NCBI GenBank assembly: GCA_050950505.1 | Contig: JBMNHS010000001.1 | Location: forward strand, 320,001-384,000 | Direction of reading: 5' to 3' | DNA length: 64,000 bases | Origin: Candidatus Methanomethylophilaceae archaeon | GTDB taxonomy: Archaea; Thermoplasmatota; Thermoplasmata; Methanomassiliicoccales; Methanomethylophilaceae | In this document: positions 31,201 through 40,644 of the stretch, piece after piece | How positions within the stretch are numbered: the first letter of the stretch is position 1 | Layout of the letters: each line of letters begins with the position of its first letter | Program-made: the position numbers and the translations under genes | Notes under the pieces: generated by a model | Seen by the model: the letters and a program-made list of their open reading frames with translations, nothing else | The model's database searches: none | What the model was told of the DNA's origin: nothing

Positions 31201-33815
31201 AACGCAGTGGAACGCTGGACGAGAATTCCGTTGGGGTCCTTTTCGAACACGGCGACTTTCGCTCCCTCAAGAGCCGTACCGTCGAAGGTGACCTGTCCGG
31301 TCTCCGTCTCATAGTTGTCGGAAACCTTCATCACAATCAGACTTGAGAAGTAATTGATCAATCCGCCTTCTTTCTTTTGTTTGTCCACGGCTTTGTAACC
31401 GTCCATGTACACCCATCCGTCGTCTGAGAATCCCGCGTCTTCGTTCGGGTTGTATTTGACCTGCCAGTAGTCGACTTCGAATCCGCCGAGGCCGAGACCG
31501 GGGGCTGCGGCCACGGAACCGTCGCTGGAAAGAAGAGACAGTACGGCACTGTAATTGATTCCGGTTTCATCGTTGATTCCCATCATGGCCTTCCATATGA
31601 AAGATTCGAACATTGCGTCCATATAATCTATGATGTAACTGTATTCGTAATACTTGGAAACGCTTCCGTCAGAATTTATGGCGTAATCGTTGAGATATGC
31701 CAATGTGGAGAACATAGTTCCGTCTCCCTTGTACATGGGAAGCATGCTCGCGTTGAGAACAACGTAAGTTATCGCTCCGTCGCTCCTTTCGCGGACTCCT
31801 TTGTAAACTTCATGTATATCCGCTTCGGTCATTTCGGACGTCATCAAACGGACGGATGCGAGATAAACCGCGTTTTCTTCATCCAAATCCGAACCCAGCC
31901 CGGGATAGGCTTCCTGATCCCCGAGCACATCTTTCTTGGTCTCCGACGGGTTGTCGATTATCTTCTTCAGACCTTCGACCAAATCGTCGTCCATCAGATC
32001 TTTGTACTTATCCATTCCGTCAGCGAGAATCATGCGGACTGTCATTGCGGACACCGCGCCTGCGGAACCTTCGGCGAGCAGTATGTTCGATACCGCCGTC
32101 GCACCCTGCCCCGAATCACTGGTGACCGATGTGAAACCGCCCCGATCGACGGATTTGGAAGAGTATTCGAACCATGTCGCAAGGGCACCTTCCTTATCCA
32201 CGTTATAGTAATCGTCCCAAAGCATGTTCATGGGATTGCCTTCGTCCGTATCCACGGTGTAACCGATTCCGCCGAGATATTTGCTGCCGACGTCCTGATT
32301 GGAAGATGTGGTCGCGTCGGCCAACAGCATTGCGTTGGGCGCAATCACCAGGAACACCACGCTCACAAGAGTGACGAAGGGTTCCGGGCGCAGGAACTTT
32401 TTGAGACTGGCCTTCCAGCCTCCGCCTTTGAGGGTTTTGAAGTATTCGGACATGCCCACATATCTGTAAAGCAAAACCAGCACGGAAGCGGCGGCGACGG
32501 AGTACATCGCACCGGCCATGATGGCGTTTTCCCTGGACAGCCAGCTGAGCAGGAAAACCCCGGTGATCCAAAGTAACATCGTAAGGTGGGATTCAGAGGG
32601 GCTGTTCTTGTCAAGTTTGTGAAACAGAAGAGCGATTATCACGAAGGGCATCCAAACGGTGGCCCATCCGTAGTATGAGGCCATCTTCGAAATTCCCACG
32701 TTGGTGGGCGTCAACAGACTGGCGACAATGGAAGATTCGAAGATTGCGTTGCCGCTCACCACATCGTTGAACAGCTGAGGGGTTGCCAGATACAGTATTG
32801 CAAATATCAGAACCGTCGCAAGAATAGGTATGACGAAAGATTGGAGTTTCGGTTTCTTCCTCATGGCGTAGAACAATCCCACCACTGCCACGGATATGAC
32901 GGCAAGCAGGAGAGGTCCGGTGAATATCAGGCTGAACAGCCCTGCGGCGTAGTAGTAAGGCAGGGATATTCCCAACGTCATAAGGAGCATTATCGCATAA
33001 GCCGCGAAAACAGAACCGAAATCATGGCTGTTGAGACGGGATATCACCGCGTGACCGGCCATCATGAAAACCAGGAGCACGATAATCATGCTGAATGCGT
33101 TCCATGACAGTGCTATGAACGCAAATAAAGCGCCTGCACCGAGGACGTATTTCAGAACGTCTTTCGCCAGAACCGCTTTTATGGTCCGGTCTTCGGAGGC
33201 TTCCAACGCCTTCATCGCTCTCAGAACGAACAGCGAAGCCAGAACGAAAATCATTACCAGGATTCCCATTGTCGTGCCGTCGGAGAATACGGACATTACC
33301 ACGGACAGAGGAAGAACCGCAAAGAAGAACGCGGCGATGATGCCGATGTTCCTGTCGAACATTTCCTTTCCGAGGTAGTAAACCAGAAGTACGGTGAATG
33401 CCGCGGCGGTCGGCCCGGAGAGTGCCAACACGGCTGAGGCCGCGGTGGATGCGGATGCCCCCAGTGCCATGGGAATCCATGCGAAACCTGCCAGTATGAT
33501 GTCGACCAGCGGAGGTTGCATGAGTGTGCCTCCGAACGGGTAGTTAAGCGAAGGGTCGGACAGCCCGAAGGTTCCCGTAAGGATGCTGATGATTGCGTGC
33601 TTGTGTTCCGCCGCACTCTGGCCGGACAGCGCGAAGCCGTTGTCGGCGGATATGCCGACGGCCATAACCGTTCTTGCCAGAACCGCGATGATCACTATCA
33701 GACCGAAGGTCAACGCAAGCCAATTTTCTTTGATTGATGATTTGATATCCCGGTCTTTGTCGACGGGATTCTTCCCTTTCGAAGGGGAAGAGTCAGTTTT
33801 GCCGAATTTACGCAT
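28242..33815 (-). CDS. AglB/STT3-like multi-TM protein with long carboxypeptidase-regulatory-like repeat ectodomain; catalytic motifs degenerate
   Basis: About 13 N-terminal TM helices, DPSLNYPFG...PPL loop, TDEDGNYS and TDENG beta-sandwich repeats, C-terminal TM anchor. Confidence 0.82.
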   Translation of the reverse strand: MRKFGKTDSSPSKGKNPVDKDRDIKSSIKENWLALTFGLIVIIAVLARTVMAVGISADNGFALSGQSAAEHKHAIISILTGTFGLSDPSLNYPFGGTLMQPPLVDIILAGFAWIPMALGASASTAASAVLALSGPTAAAFTVLLVYYLGKEMFDRNIGIIAAFFFAVLPLSVVMSVFSDGTTMGILVMIFVLASLFVLRAMKALEASEDRTIKAVLAKDVLKYVLGAGALFAFIALSWNAFSMIIVLLVFMMAGHAVISRLNSHDFGSVFAAYAIMLLMTLGISLPYYYAAGLFSLIFTGPLLLAVISVAVVGLFYAMRKKPKLQSFVIPILATVLIFAILYLATPQLFNDVVSGNAIFESSIVASLLTPTNVGISKMASYYGWATVWMPFVIIALLFHKLDKNSPSESHLTMLLWITGVFLLSWLSRENAIMAGAMYSVAAASVLVLLYRYVGMSEYFKTLKGGGWKASLKKFLRPEPFVTLVSVVFLVIAPNAMLLADATTSSNQDVGSKYLGGIGYTVDTDEGNPMNMLWDDYYNVDKEGALATWFEYSSKSVDRGGFTSVTSDSGQGATAVSNILLAEGSAGAVSAMTVRMILADGMDKYKDLMDDDLVEGLKKIIDNPSETKKDVLGDQEAYPGLGSDLDEENAVYLASVRLMTSEMTEADIHEVYKGVRERSDGAITYVVLNASMLPMYKGDGTMFSTLAYLNDYAINSDGSVSKYYEYSYIIDYMDAMFESFIWKAMMGINDETGINYSAVLSLLSSDGSVAAAPGLGLGGFEVDYWQVKYNPNEDAGFSDDGWVYMDGYKAVDKQKKEGGLINYFSSLIVMKVSDNYETETGQVTFDGTALEGAKVAVFEKDPNGILVQRSTAFTDEDGNYSVLVPVNSNDYEFRIFIATEKTVGGTDLQYNASDNPNFDLDASTVTGSVEGEIGDLTVELLNGYSGEKHYVDVSGGEYTFNDIAPGKYTVTLRLNGKEIDSLSITAYPGSNSGVDFDLSSTLKVTVKDIYGAPVENETVVVQNKYDGSVINGITDENGLAEFKLLPSSDDIANVGEYIVHIKDKVSTSSDVKVKGTSTSTNITVFSTADPIAGNTAVMAPGYSSYGQDKVYLPDFGDVTYTLFDLDTDKVRTVTFDEKGNPVFTDYADTVTFNAVIKSKSDTEIAGSITFYGAGGTTFTYASDEEGKVTAKLPAGDYTVHVIGKNGTVLIENDVNVPATTSEEPTVFKTDDGRTLKTKFTYSSLADGTKGVPFVNVTLKVEHDGKEYTVYATTDASGGASVTVPKSSNVTVSVAEGEIGVLSWEDLSKDATTGTSAELKVAGKDIPVPEFDDLTDMWLWSSKTDKTPNYGDKTDVKVTPGTYYLVELNGTEYTYSKVKVYFGQSVFFTEPDTEVTELLRPVEVDKPENSTVSVEIHPDCEDAEYFKVQFEKDGDLVYLMTEGTYLFKATEGDKISYMMIDVPADDKVEFDLKDKITLKGYLGVSGNGLATIEIGGIELFTKVKDGSYSVDVPKIASSAEIDVELKYKPTGSEYTYGYAGSFTVNIPDDLEDEEKTSVTTNAYLSGDGAIVKISDELEITTNTPIINGNEFQFELTVNPEDDAEGETTYAVKAVGPWKLDKSYVVTLNGSTPQTISINGVFSPTNVDDRDAKMKVSLVSLEGKTVATGEIFDIYMPSDNPKKKVDVIVSAESGASPDLITDNEYMYAITFRNYDNGTVKVKLDLLSDPGDDWIYAVSDEMGRYLLTSDSPDNELTLASNTKTVLYVKLMNSVGGLQDVPDISVGIDVITPDIELNGGATLDLVHEEIKLSSKLSVEGNNVYHTGNAMQPIFWVFTVLSVIMIVLVVWTGSKRGVFTRRK

Positions 33816-33909
33816 TATAAAGGTCTCCGTCCTTAAATTGTCGATTGATGATTGAATGCCTATTTATATCTTTACGGGCGCGCGTACAGTAGGACCGCAA
33901 TAGCGGAAA

Positions 33910-34554
33910 TCACAGCACTTTGGCAATCCGGTCCCTGAAGGATTCCGCAGATTCTCTCGGATTGTCGGATCCGTATATGGCACGGCCCACTATGACGTAG
34001 TCCGCACCGGCCTCTATCGCGGATGCCGCGTCGCCTCCCTGGGCCCCGACTCCGGGAGAAAGAATCAGTCTGTCGCCTATCACGGACCGTATCGCGGCAA
34101 TTCTTTCGGGTCTAGTCGCAGGGGCAATGAATCCGGAAACGTCGCATTTCACGCCCAGTTCCGCCATCTCTTCCCCGTGTTTTGCCGTGAAGGTTTTTCC
34201 GCCGGGGTGGCTCATTTCGGTCACGGCGAATATTTTTGCCTTTCCGGCGGCTTCTTTGGCGGCCAAGAGCGAATCTTCGCCGGTAAAGGCATGGACTATT
34301 ACGGCGGACGCTCCCCGGGATACACAGTTTTCCACAATCAAACGCACGGTGTTCGGTATGTCGGCGACTTTGAAGTCGCAGATGACGTCTCCTTTTTTCG
34401 CCAGTTCGTTTATCATGTCCGGGCCGGCGGAAAGCACCAACGGCCAATTTATCTTGATGGCATCCACCGCTCCGCGGACGGAATCCGCGATTTCCAGAGC
34501 TTTCTCACCGTCGGTCTCGTCCAATGCGAGTACCAGACGCGTATCCTTCTTCAT
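33910..34554 (-). CDS. pyrF: Orotidine-5'-phosphate decarboxylase
   Basis: LVLALD, DFKVADIPNT, TEMSHPG, PATRPE, SPGVGAQGG, IVGRAIY motifs; start trimmed to ATG 34554. Confidence 0.97.
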   Translation of the reverse strand: MKKDTRLVLALDETDGEKALEIADSVRGAVDAIKINWPLVLSAGPDMINELAKKGDVICDFKVADIPNTVRLIVENCVSRGASAVIVHAFTGEDSLLAAKEAAGKAKIFAVTEMSHPGGKTFTAKHGEEMAELGVKCDVSGFIAPATRPERIAAIRSVIGDRLILSPGVGAQGGDAASAIEAGADYVIVGRAIYGSDNPRESAESFRDRIAKVL

Positions 34555-34608
34555 GAGGGCCGATATTTCTGCGAGAGTTAATAATACGTCGGAACGGTTG
34601 AAGCCTTC

Positions 34609-35682
34609 ATGGTTCGGAGACAGTTGGAATGCGGATCTGCCGTCAACGGCGGATTGGCCGTCGGATGCGAGCATTGCACGGAAGGTTCCAAACTCGTTCT
34701 GTTCGTCACCGGACGTTGCAGCACGGGATGTGCCTACTGCCCCGTGTCTTTGGAAAAGAAAGGAAAAGAAGTTACGTACGCCAACGAGTCCAGAACATTT
34801 TCCGACGAGGATGTGATTGCCGAAGCCGAGGCCATGGACGCCACGGGAACCGGATTGACCGGAGGGGATCCGATGCAGAACTTCGATCTTACCCTCCATT
34901 ATCTGAAACTTCTGAAGAACCGCTTCGGACCGGAACATCACGTCCATCTTTACACCTCCACCGTGGATTATGAGAAAACAAAAATTCTGAAAGAGGAAGG
35001 GTTGGACGAAATACGGTTTCATCCCCGGGAGGAAGAGTGGATGGACTTCGACACTTCCGAGTTGGAAAAGATTCTGAAAATCGAAGGTCTGGACGTGGGG
35101 TTGGAGGTTCCTGCCCTTCCCGGCCGGGAAAAGGATCTGAATTCTTTGATCTCCAAAGTTTTCGATGCCGGCGTTTCGTTCATGAATCTGAACGAACTTG
35201 AGTTCTCCGAAAGCAACTGGAACATGATGGAAAAAGAAGGGTATCTTCTCAAAGACGACATATCCTCGGCGATAAAAGGTTCGGAGGAACTCGCTCTCGG
35301 ACTTATTGACAATCATCCGGAAAAACGGATACATTACTGCTCCTCTTCCTTCAAGGACGGGGTGCAGCTGAGACGCCGCCTGATAAGACGGGGGGAAAAC
35401 ACCGCCGCGGAATACGAAATCGTCACCGAGGACGGAACGATTCTGAAAGGGTTGGTTTACTCCGAAGACGTACGCGAAGCGTCCGACTTCCTGAAAGAGG
35501 AATTCGGGGTCCCGGAGGTGCTGATTCTTGAAGATAAAGAAAGAGGGCGTGTCGAAACCGCCCCGTGGGTTCTTCGGGAGATAGCCGACGAACTGCCGTA
35601 CGACTGCTATATCGTCGAAGAGTACCCCACGGCAGACAGGCTTGAAGTCGAAAGGATGCCTCTCGGCCGCCTTACGAAATGA
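34609..35682 (+). CDS. Radical SAM protein of unknown function
   Basis: GCEHC..GSKLVLFVTG, CxxxCxxC (CSTGCAYC), TGGDP, DEIRFHP motifs. Confidence 0.9.
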   Translation: MVRRQLECGSAVNGGLAVGCEHCTEGSKLVLFVTGRCSTGCAYCPVSLEKKGKEVTYANESRTFSDEDVIAEAEAMDATGTGLTGGDPMQNFDLTLHYLKLLKNRFGPEHHVHLYTSTVDYEKTKILKEEGLDEIRFHPREEEWMDFDTSELEKILKIEGLDVGLEVPALPGREKDLNSLISKVFDAGVSFMNLNELEFSESNWNMMEKEGYLLKDDISSAIKGSEELALGLIDNHPEKRIHYCSSSFKDGVQLRRRLIRRGENTAAEYEIVTEDGTILKGLVYSEDVREASDFLKEEFGVPEVLILEDKERGRVETAPWVLREIADELPYDCYIVEEYPTADRLEVERMPLGRLTK

Positions 35683-35684
35683 CT

Positions 35685-36113
35685 TCAGGCCACACTGAGA
35701 CTCTGTATCTCGTGATGTCTGTTGACGATGTCTCTTGCGATACGGAGATTCTTGCCTTCCTTCCCGATGGCTCTTCCCTTGAGTTCGGAGTCCACGGTCA
35801 CGGTGGCGTGGGTTATGTCCCCGCGTTGCTCGATTTCAACCTTTTCGGGTTTGTAAATATGGAAGACGTTCTTTACGAACTGCTCCGGATCGTCGGAATG
35901 TTCCACGACCTGGATGTTCTTTCCGGTCAGGTTCTTGAGCCTGATCATATGGTCTCCCTTCTTACCGACTGCCATGTTCCCCTGGCCGGCTTCGACCACG
36001 AAGACCAGCTTGTCCGGGGTTTCCATGCAGTCCACCGCGTTGGTCTTGGTGACTTCCTGGAACAACGCGATGTACCTTAGGGTATCGTCAGTAATTACGA
36101 TTTCTGCAATCAT
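35685..36113 (-). CDS. nusA: Archaeal NusA-like KH-domain protein
   Basis: MAVGKKG and KGRAIGKEGKN KH motifs; position in the rpo operon. Confidence 0.94.
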   Translation of the reverse strand: MIAEIVITDDTLRYIALFQEVTKTNAVDCMETPDKLVFVVEAGQGNMAVGKKGDHMIRLKNLTGKNIQVVEHSDDPEQFVKNVFHIYKPEKVEIEQRGDITHATVTVDSELKGRAIGKEGKNLRIARDIVNRHHEIQSLSVA

Positions 36114-36118
36114 ATCCT

Positions 36119-36406
36119 TCACAGCGTTAATATGTTAGAGGAACCCTTGTCGATGACGGCAAGCGCCGAAACGGAGAAGGGCTTACCGCAAAGAGCACCG
36201 AGCTCCATGTTGTTGCCTCTGTAGCGGTGGATTTTGACACCTTCCGCTTCAGCCAGCGTCTTGCTGGGGCAGTTTCGGGCCAGAATTATCATCTGGGCTT
36301 TGCCTGCCTTTATCGCTTTCTCCGTCTGATCAACGCCGAAATCGACCTTGCCCGTGGCTATGGCGGCTCTCAGCGCTCTGCTTATGTCGATTGTATTTTC
36401 ACTCAT
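36119..36406 (-). CDS. rpl30e: 50S ribosomal protein L30e
   Basis: [29 protein letters not shown]. Confidence 0.96.
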   Translation of the reverse strand: MSENTIDISRALRAAIATGKVDFGVDQTEKAIKAGKAQMIILARNCPSKTLAEAEGVKIHRYRGNNMELGALCGKPFSVSALAVIDKGSSNILTL

Positions 36407-37851
36407 TCTTCATCCCCCTTTTTGTTTTTGGGTGTATAAATCAGGTTAACTGCGCCGGTACCCAATGTGACCGGCTGCCCGACTATGATGTTCTCCGTCA
36501 CTCCTTCGAGAGTGTCGACTTCGCCCACCATCGCCGCATGCATAAGATGGGTGGTGGTGATTTCGAAGGCCGCTCTCGCGAGGACCGAGGATTTCTTTCC
36601 GGAGACTCCGTGACGTCCGATGGCTTTCACCGATCCGTCATTGGTCATCTGATCGGCAACAAGCATGATATGCCTGATGTCGACGTTCAGACCGGCTTCT
36701 CCGAGAGTGTCTCCCGCTTCGTAAATGATGGAATTTCTGGCCGCTTCAACTCCCAGGACCTCAGCTATTTCCTGAATACTGTTGGTCATGACGTTGGGCG
36801 CGTCCACGCCTTCCACCTTCAGCACCTCTTTGAGGTTGCTGCCTTCGGTGACTATCTCATACTTTTCGTCTTTGTTTTTGCTTATGACCGCTCTCGTCAC
36901 GCCGTCGATGCCTTTGATTTTTGCATTCTTTATGGCATCGTGCATGGCCTGGATTTTCTTGAAAGACGGGGAATCCGACGTGATCGTCAGATTGAAGTCG
37001 TCTTTCTCGACCAGACCGCGGACGGCTCTTATTTTGCCGAGCTTGTCATGAATCTCGTCGATCGTCAATCCCTTTTTGTCCATCTTGTGGGCGTCGGGGG
37101 ATATGACGATGCGCATGTTGGTGACGTCTGTGTATATTTTGGCCACATCGGTCAGCAAAGTCATTTCTATGTTGGATGCGACATGGGTCGCGACACTTTC
37201 GTCCTCGGCGGCTATGCCGAGAAGAGGAATGGTCATCGACGGCGTGCTCGGAGCACGTCTGGCATCCACGATTTCAATCAATCTGGGAAGACCCTGGGTA
37301 ACGTTGATGTTCGCGACACCGGCGTAGTGGAAAGTACGCATGTTCATCTGGGTACCGGGCTCACCGATGGAGTGGGCCGCCATGACTCCGGCGGACTCGT
37401 TTTTGTCCATGAGGTGGGAATTGTACATCTCCCATGCCTTGTCCAGAAGTCTTTTGCAGGTATCGTCGTCAAACTCGTTGCCCGCCATGCGGGATGCGAT
37501 GTCGGACAGAATCTTCATAGGGAAGTCGTACCCGGATTCGTCGGCGAAATCCATCAATCTGATTTCCTCGGGGGTGTACACCCGTTCGCGGGTGATTTCC
37601 GTCGCCACGAAAAGAGGTGCGGCCTCTTCGGCTTTCTTCTTGACCTTCGAAGTGGCCTGCCGGGAAGGGCGTTTCGAGAGAGTCTCAATGATGGATGCCG
37701 CTTCTTCCGCGGATATTCCGAGATCTTCCATCTCTTCCTGGGTGGCCGCCTGGATGTCGGAAAGTATTCTGAACTTTGTCAGAAGCAGTGCCGCCGCCTC
37801 TTCACTTATTCCGCGCCTTATCAACGCGTTCATGGTGTCTTTTTTGGCCAT
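36403..37851 (-). CDS. rpoA2: RNA polymerase subunit A'' (Rpo1C) with N-terminal extension
   Basis: [46 protein letters not shown] motifs. Confidence 0.97.
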   Translation of the reverse strand: MAKKDTMNALIRRGISEEAAALLLTKFRILSDIQAATQEEMEDLGISAEEAASIIETLSKRPSRQATSKVKKKAEEAAPLFVATEITRERVYTPEEIRLMDFADESGYDFPMKILSDIASRMAGNEFDDDTCKRLLDKAWEMYNSHLMDKNESAGVMAAHSIGEPGTQMNMRTFHYAGVANINVTQGLPRLIEIVDARRAPSTPSMTIPLLGIAAEDESVATHVASNIEMTLLTDVAKIYTDVTNMRIVISPDAHKMDKKGLTIDEIHDKLGKIRAVRGLVEKDDFNLTITSDSPSFKKIQAMHDAIKNAKIKGIDGVTRAVISKNKDEKYEIVTEGSNLKEVLKVEGVDAPNVMTNSIQEIAEVLGVEAARNSIIYEAGDTLGEAGLNVDIRHIMLVADQMTNDGSVKAIGRHGVSGKKSSVLARAAFEITTTHLMHAAMVGEVDTLEGVTENIIVGQPVTLGTGAVNLIYTPKNKKGDEE

Positions 37852-37854
37852 TGC

Positions 37855-40644
37855 TCACTCACCCCCTTCGTAGGTGTTTTCGTAATCATCCGTTTCTTCC
37901 TCGTTGAATTCCATTTCGTCCTTTTCCTTGGAGCCGTAGTCTTCGCCCACGTCTCTCTCGTCGAGCCGGATCATGTCTTCGGCGGCCTCGTCTCCGAGAA
38001 CTTCCGCGAAGAGGTCGTCCAGATCGATTGCTTTTCCGCGCACGGATCTGGTCGGATCGACCCCGTCCTCTCCGTATCTGAACTGAATGACGGTTCCCAC
38101 GGTGTTCCTGACGGTTCCGTCGGAAGTGAGCTTCAGGTCTTCCAATGCGGAGATCAAACGTCTCTGCATGTATCCCGACCTGGATGTCCTGACCGCGGTA
38201 TCCACCAAACCTTCACGGCCTCCCATTGCGTGGAAGAAGAATTCCGTGGGGTTGAGTCCGGACTTGTAGGAGTTGGCGCAGAATCCTTTGGCATCGGCAC
38301 CCATGTCCTTCTTCTCAAAGTGGGACAGGGTCCGGTTCCAATATCCTCTGGAAAGCCTTTCACCGCGGACGGTCTGCTGTCCGATACAACCGGCCATCTG
38401 AGACAGGTTCAGCATCGAACCGCGGGCTCCGGCTCTTGCCATGATGACCGCGGGGTTGTCCATTCCCAGGTGTTTTTCGGCTATCTTACCGGCTTCGTCA
38501 CGGGCTTCTTCCAATTTTCCTCTGGCTTTGACTTCCAGAGTCTCCTTCAGAGAGCGTCCGGGGGTCTGTTCCAAAGTTCTTTCGTGATAGGATTCCACCA
38601 ACTGGGAGACTTCGTTCACCCGTTCCTGAATCAGGCTGTTGATCTGCAACGCAATTTCTTCGGGAATGTCTTCGTCGCTGATGCCGGTGCTGAACCCGTG
38701 GTTCATAAGGGCTCCGAGGGCCAGTCTTGTGACGTTATCGATGAATTTCGAGGCTTCGTCCGATCCGTAGTCCCTTGCGATGCGGTCAAGGATTTTTCCC
38801 TTGCTGTTGCCGATGGCCCTGACATCGATGGTTCCCATCAGGAGTTTGCCGTCGCGTATTTTCACGTAAGCGTCGTTCTTGCACTCTTCCTTCATGCAGA
38901 CTCTGCAGTTCTGACAGATGTTCGCTTTGAAGGTTGTGCGGAATCCTTTGGGAAGAACCGAAGAGAACAGCTGTTTTCCTTCCCAGTAGGGCTTGCCATT
39001 CTCATCGTACTTAGGTTCGGGCATGACCACTCCGGGAAGCTTTGACATTATGTTCGCCGCTTCCGCCCTGCCGAACACGGGGTTGTTGTGAGTCAGGTAA
39101 TACGTTCCCGTGATGTGGTCGTGAATGGCTCCGATGATCGGACCTCCGTACCTGGGCGAAAGAATGTTTTCCTGAACCTGCATGAGTATTCTCGCTTCCG
39201 CCCTCGCTTCCTCGGACTGAAGAACGTGAAGGTTCATTTCGTCCCCGTCGAAGTCCGCGTTGTAAGGCGGACATACGCAGAGGTTGAATCTGAAGGTCTT
39301 TCCGTCCATGACCCTGACCCTGTGGGCCATCATGGACATTCTGTGCAGAGAAGGCTGCCTGTTGAACAGGACGACGTCTCCGTCCACCATCTGTCTTTCC
39401 ACAACGTAGTCAAGTTCCAGAGCTTCCGCCACGTCTTCGGCGTTGCGGTCGGTGACGCGGATTCTCCTTCCGTCGGAACGGATGACGTAGTTCGCTCCGG
39501 GGACGTATTCTCCGAATTCGTCCACGGGTTCGGTTCCGCCGGCCACGAGATTCTTCATGTTTTCAAGGTTCTGTTCGTTCACGTAAACCGGAACGGTAAG
39601 TTCCCTTGCGGCCGCAATCGGAATTCCCACTTCGTTTATGGAGAGCAGGGGATCCGGGGAAATCACGGTACGCGCGGAGAAATTCACACGCTTACCGGAA
39701 AGGTTGGATCTGAATCTTCCTTCTTTTCCTTTGAGTCTCTGGGACAGAGTCTTCAGCGGACGTCCGGACCTGTGTCTTGCGGGGGGTATTCCCGAGGTCT
39801 GGTTGTCAAAGTATGTAGTAATGTGATACTGAAGGAGCTCCCAGAGATCTTCGACTATGAGCTGAGGGGCACCGGAATCGCGGTTTTCCCTGAGCCTTTG
39901 GTTGATTCTCAGGATATCCACCAGTTTGTGGGTCAGATCGTCTTCCGACCTGTCACCGGAGTCCAACGTGATCGAAGGCCTTACGGTGACCGGGGGGACG
40001 GCAAGTGCGGTGAGCACCATCCATTCCGGCCGGCAGGTCGAAGGATCGAATCCCAAAGTGGCCAAATCCTCGTCGGTGATGCGTTCCAACCTTTCGCGCA
40101 CTTCTTTCGGAGTGAGTTTGTGGTTGTCGTCCACCTCACGGAAGGTGGTGGGTTTGTCCAACTTGATTTTGATCTGTTCCGCGCTGCAGTGGGGGCAGAG
40201 TCCTTTCGAGGATGCTCCTTTCGCCATGACTTTGGCGAAGTTCTTCACGTCCATCGAGTCCCCTCCCAATTCCTCCATGCGTTCCATGTCGGTGGCGGCG
40301 ACGGAAATCTGCTCGGGAGTCAGCATCAGTCTTCCGCAGGTGCGGCAGGTGCTCTCCAGAAGCATTTTTATGTCTTTGATGAACCCGACGTGAATGACCG
40401 GCAATGCCAAATCTATGTGTCCGAAGTGTCCGGGACACTCGTCCACTCTGTTGGCGCAGGTCTTGCAGCGCAATCCCGGTTCGATAACTCCCATTCTGGG
40501 GTCCATCAGACCCATTTCTATGGGATAGCCTTCATCGTCGTAAGTATCGGCGGTGATGACCTTGGTGGCGGACATCTTCCTGATTTCGTCGGGCGAAATA
40601 CAGGAGAATTTGATCGAACCGATTCTCTTCGTGATTCCTTTCAT
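37855..40644 (-). CDS. rpoA1: RNA polymerase subunit A' (Rpo1N)
   Basis: NADFDGDEMN active site, CPGHFGHI, FNRQPSLH, GYMQRRL; start MKGITKR at 40644. Confidence 0.99.
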   Translation of the reverse strand: MKGITKRIGSIKFSCISPDEIRKMSATKVITADTYDDEGYPIEMGLMDPRMGVIEPGLRCKTCANRVDECPGHFGHIDLALPVIHVGFIKDIKMLLESTCRTCGRLMLTPEQISVAATDMERMEELGGDSMDVKNFAKVMAKGASSKGLCPHCSAEQIKIKLDKPTTFREVDDNHKLTPKEVRERLERITDEDLATLGFDPSTCRPEWMVLTALAVPPVTVRPSITLDSGDRSEDDLTHKLVDILRINQRLRENRDSGAPQLIVEDLWELLQYHITTYFDNQTSGIPPARHRSGRPLKTLSQRLKGKEGRFRSNLSGKRVNFSARTVISPDPLLSINEVGIPIAAARELTVPVYVNEQNLENMKNLVAGGTEPVDEFGEYVPGANYVIRSDGRRIRVTDRNAEDVAEALELDYVVERQMVDGDVVLFNRQPSLHRMSMMAHRVRVMDGKTFRFNLCVCPPYNADFDGDEMNLHVLQSEEARAEARILMQVQENILSPRYGGPIIGAIHDHITGTYYLTHNNPVFGRAEAANIMSKLPGVVMPEPKYDENGKPYWEGKQLFSSVLPKGFRTTFKANICQNCRVCMKEECKNDAYVKIRDGKLLMGTIDVRAIGNSKGKILDRIARDYGSDEASKFIDNVTRLALGALMNHGFSTGISDEDIPEEIALQINSLIQERVNEVSQLVESYHERTLEQTPGRSLKETLEVKARGKLEEARDEAGKIAEKHLGMDNPAVIMARAGARGSMLNLSQMAGCIGQQTVRGERLSRGYWNRTLSHFEKKDMGADAKGFCANSYKSGLNPTEFFFHAMGGREGLVDTAVRTSRSGYMQRRLISALEDLKLTSDGTVRNTVGTVIQFRYGEDGVDPTRSVRGKAIDLDDLFAEVLGDEAAEDMIRLDERDVGEDYGSKEKDEMEFNEEETDDYENTYEGGE

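Noticed and set aside
34555-35334. Apparent 260-aa N-terminal extension of PyrF
   Set aside because: It is the antisense frame of the radical SAM gene; PyrF motifs begin at ATG 34554
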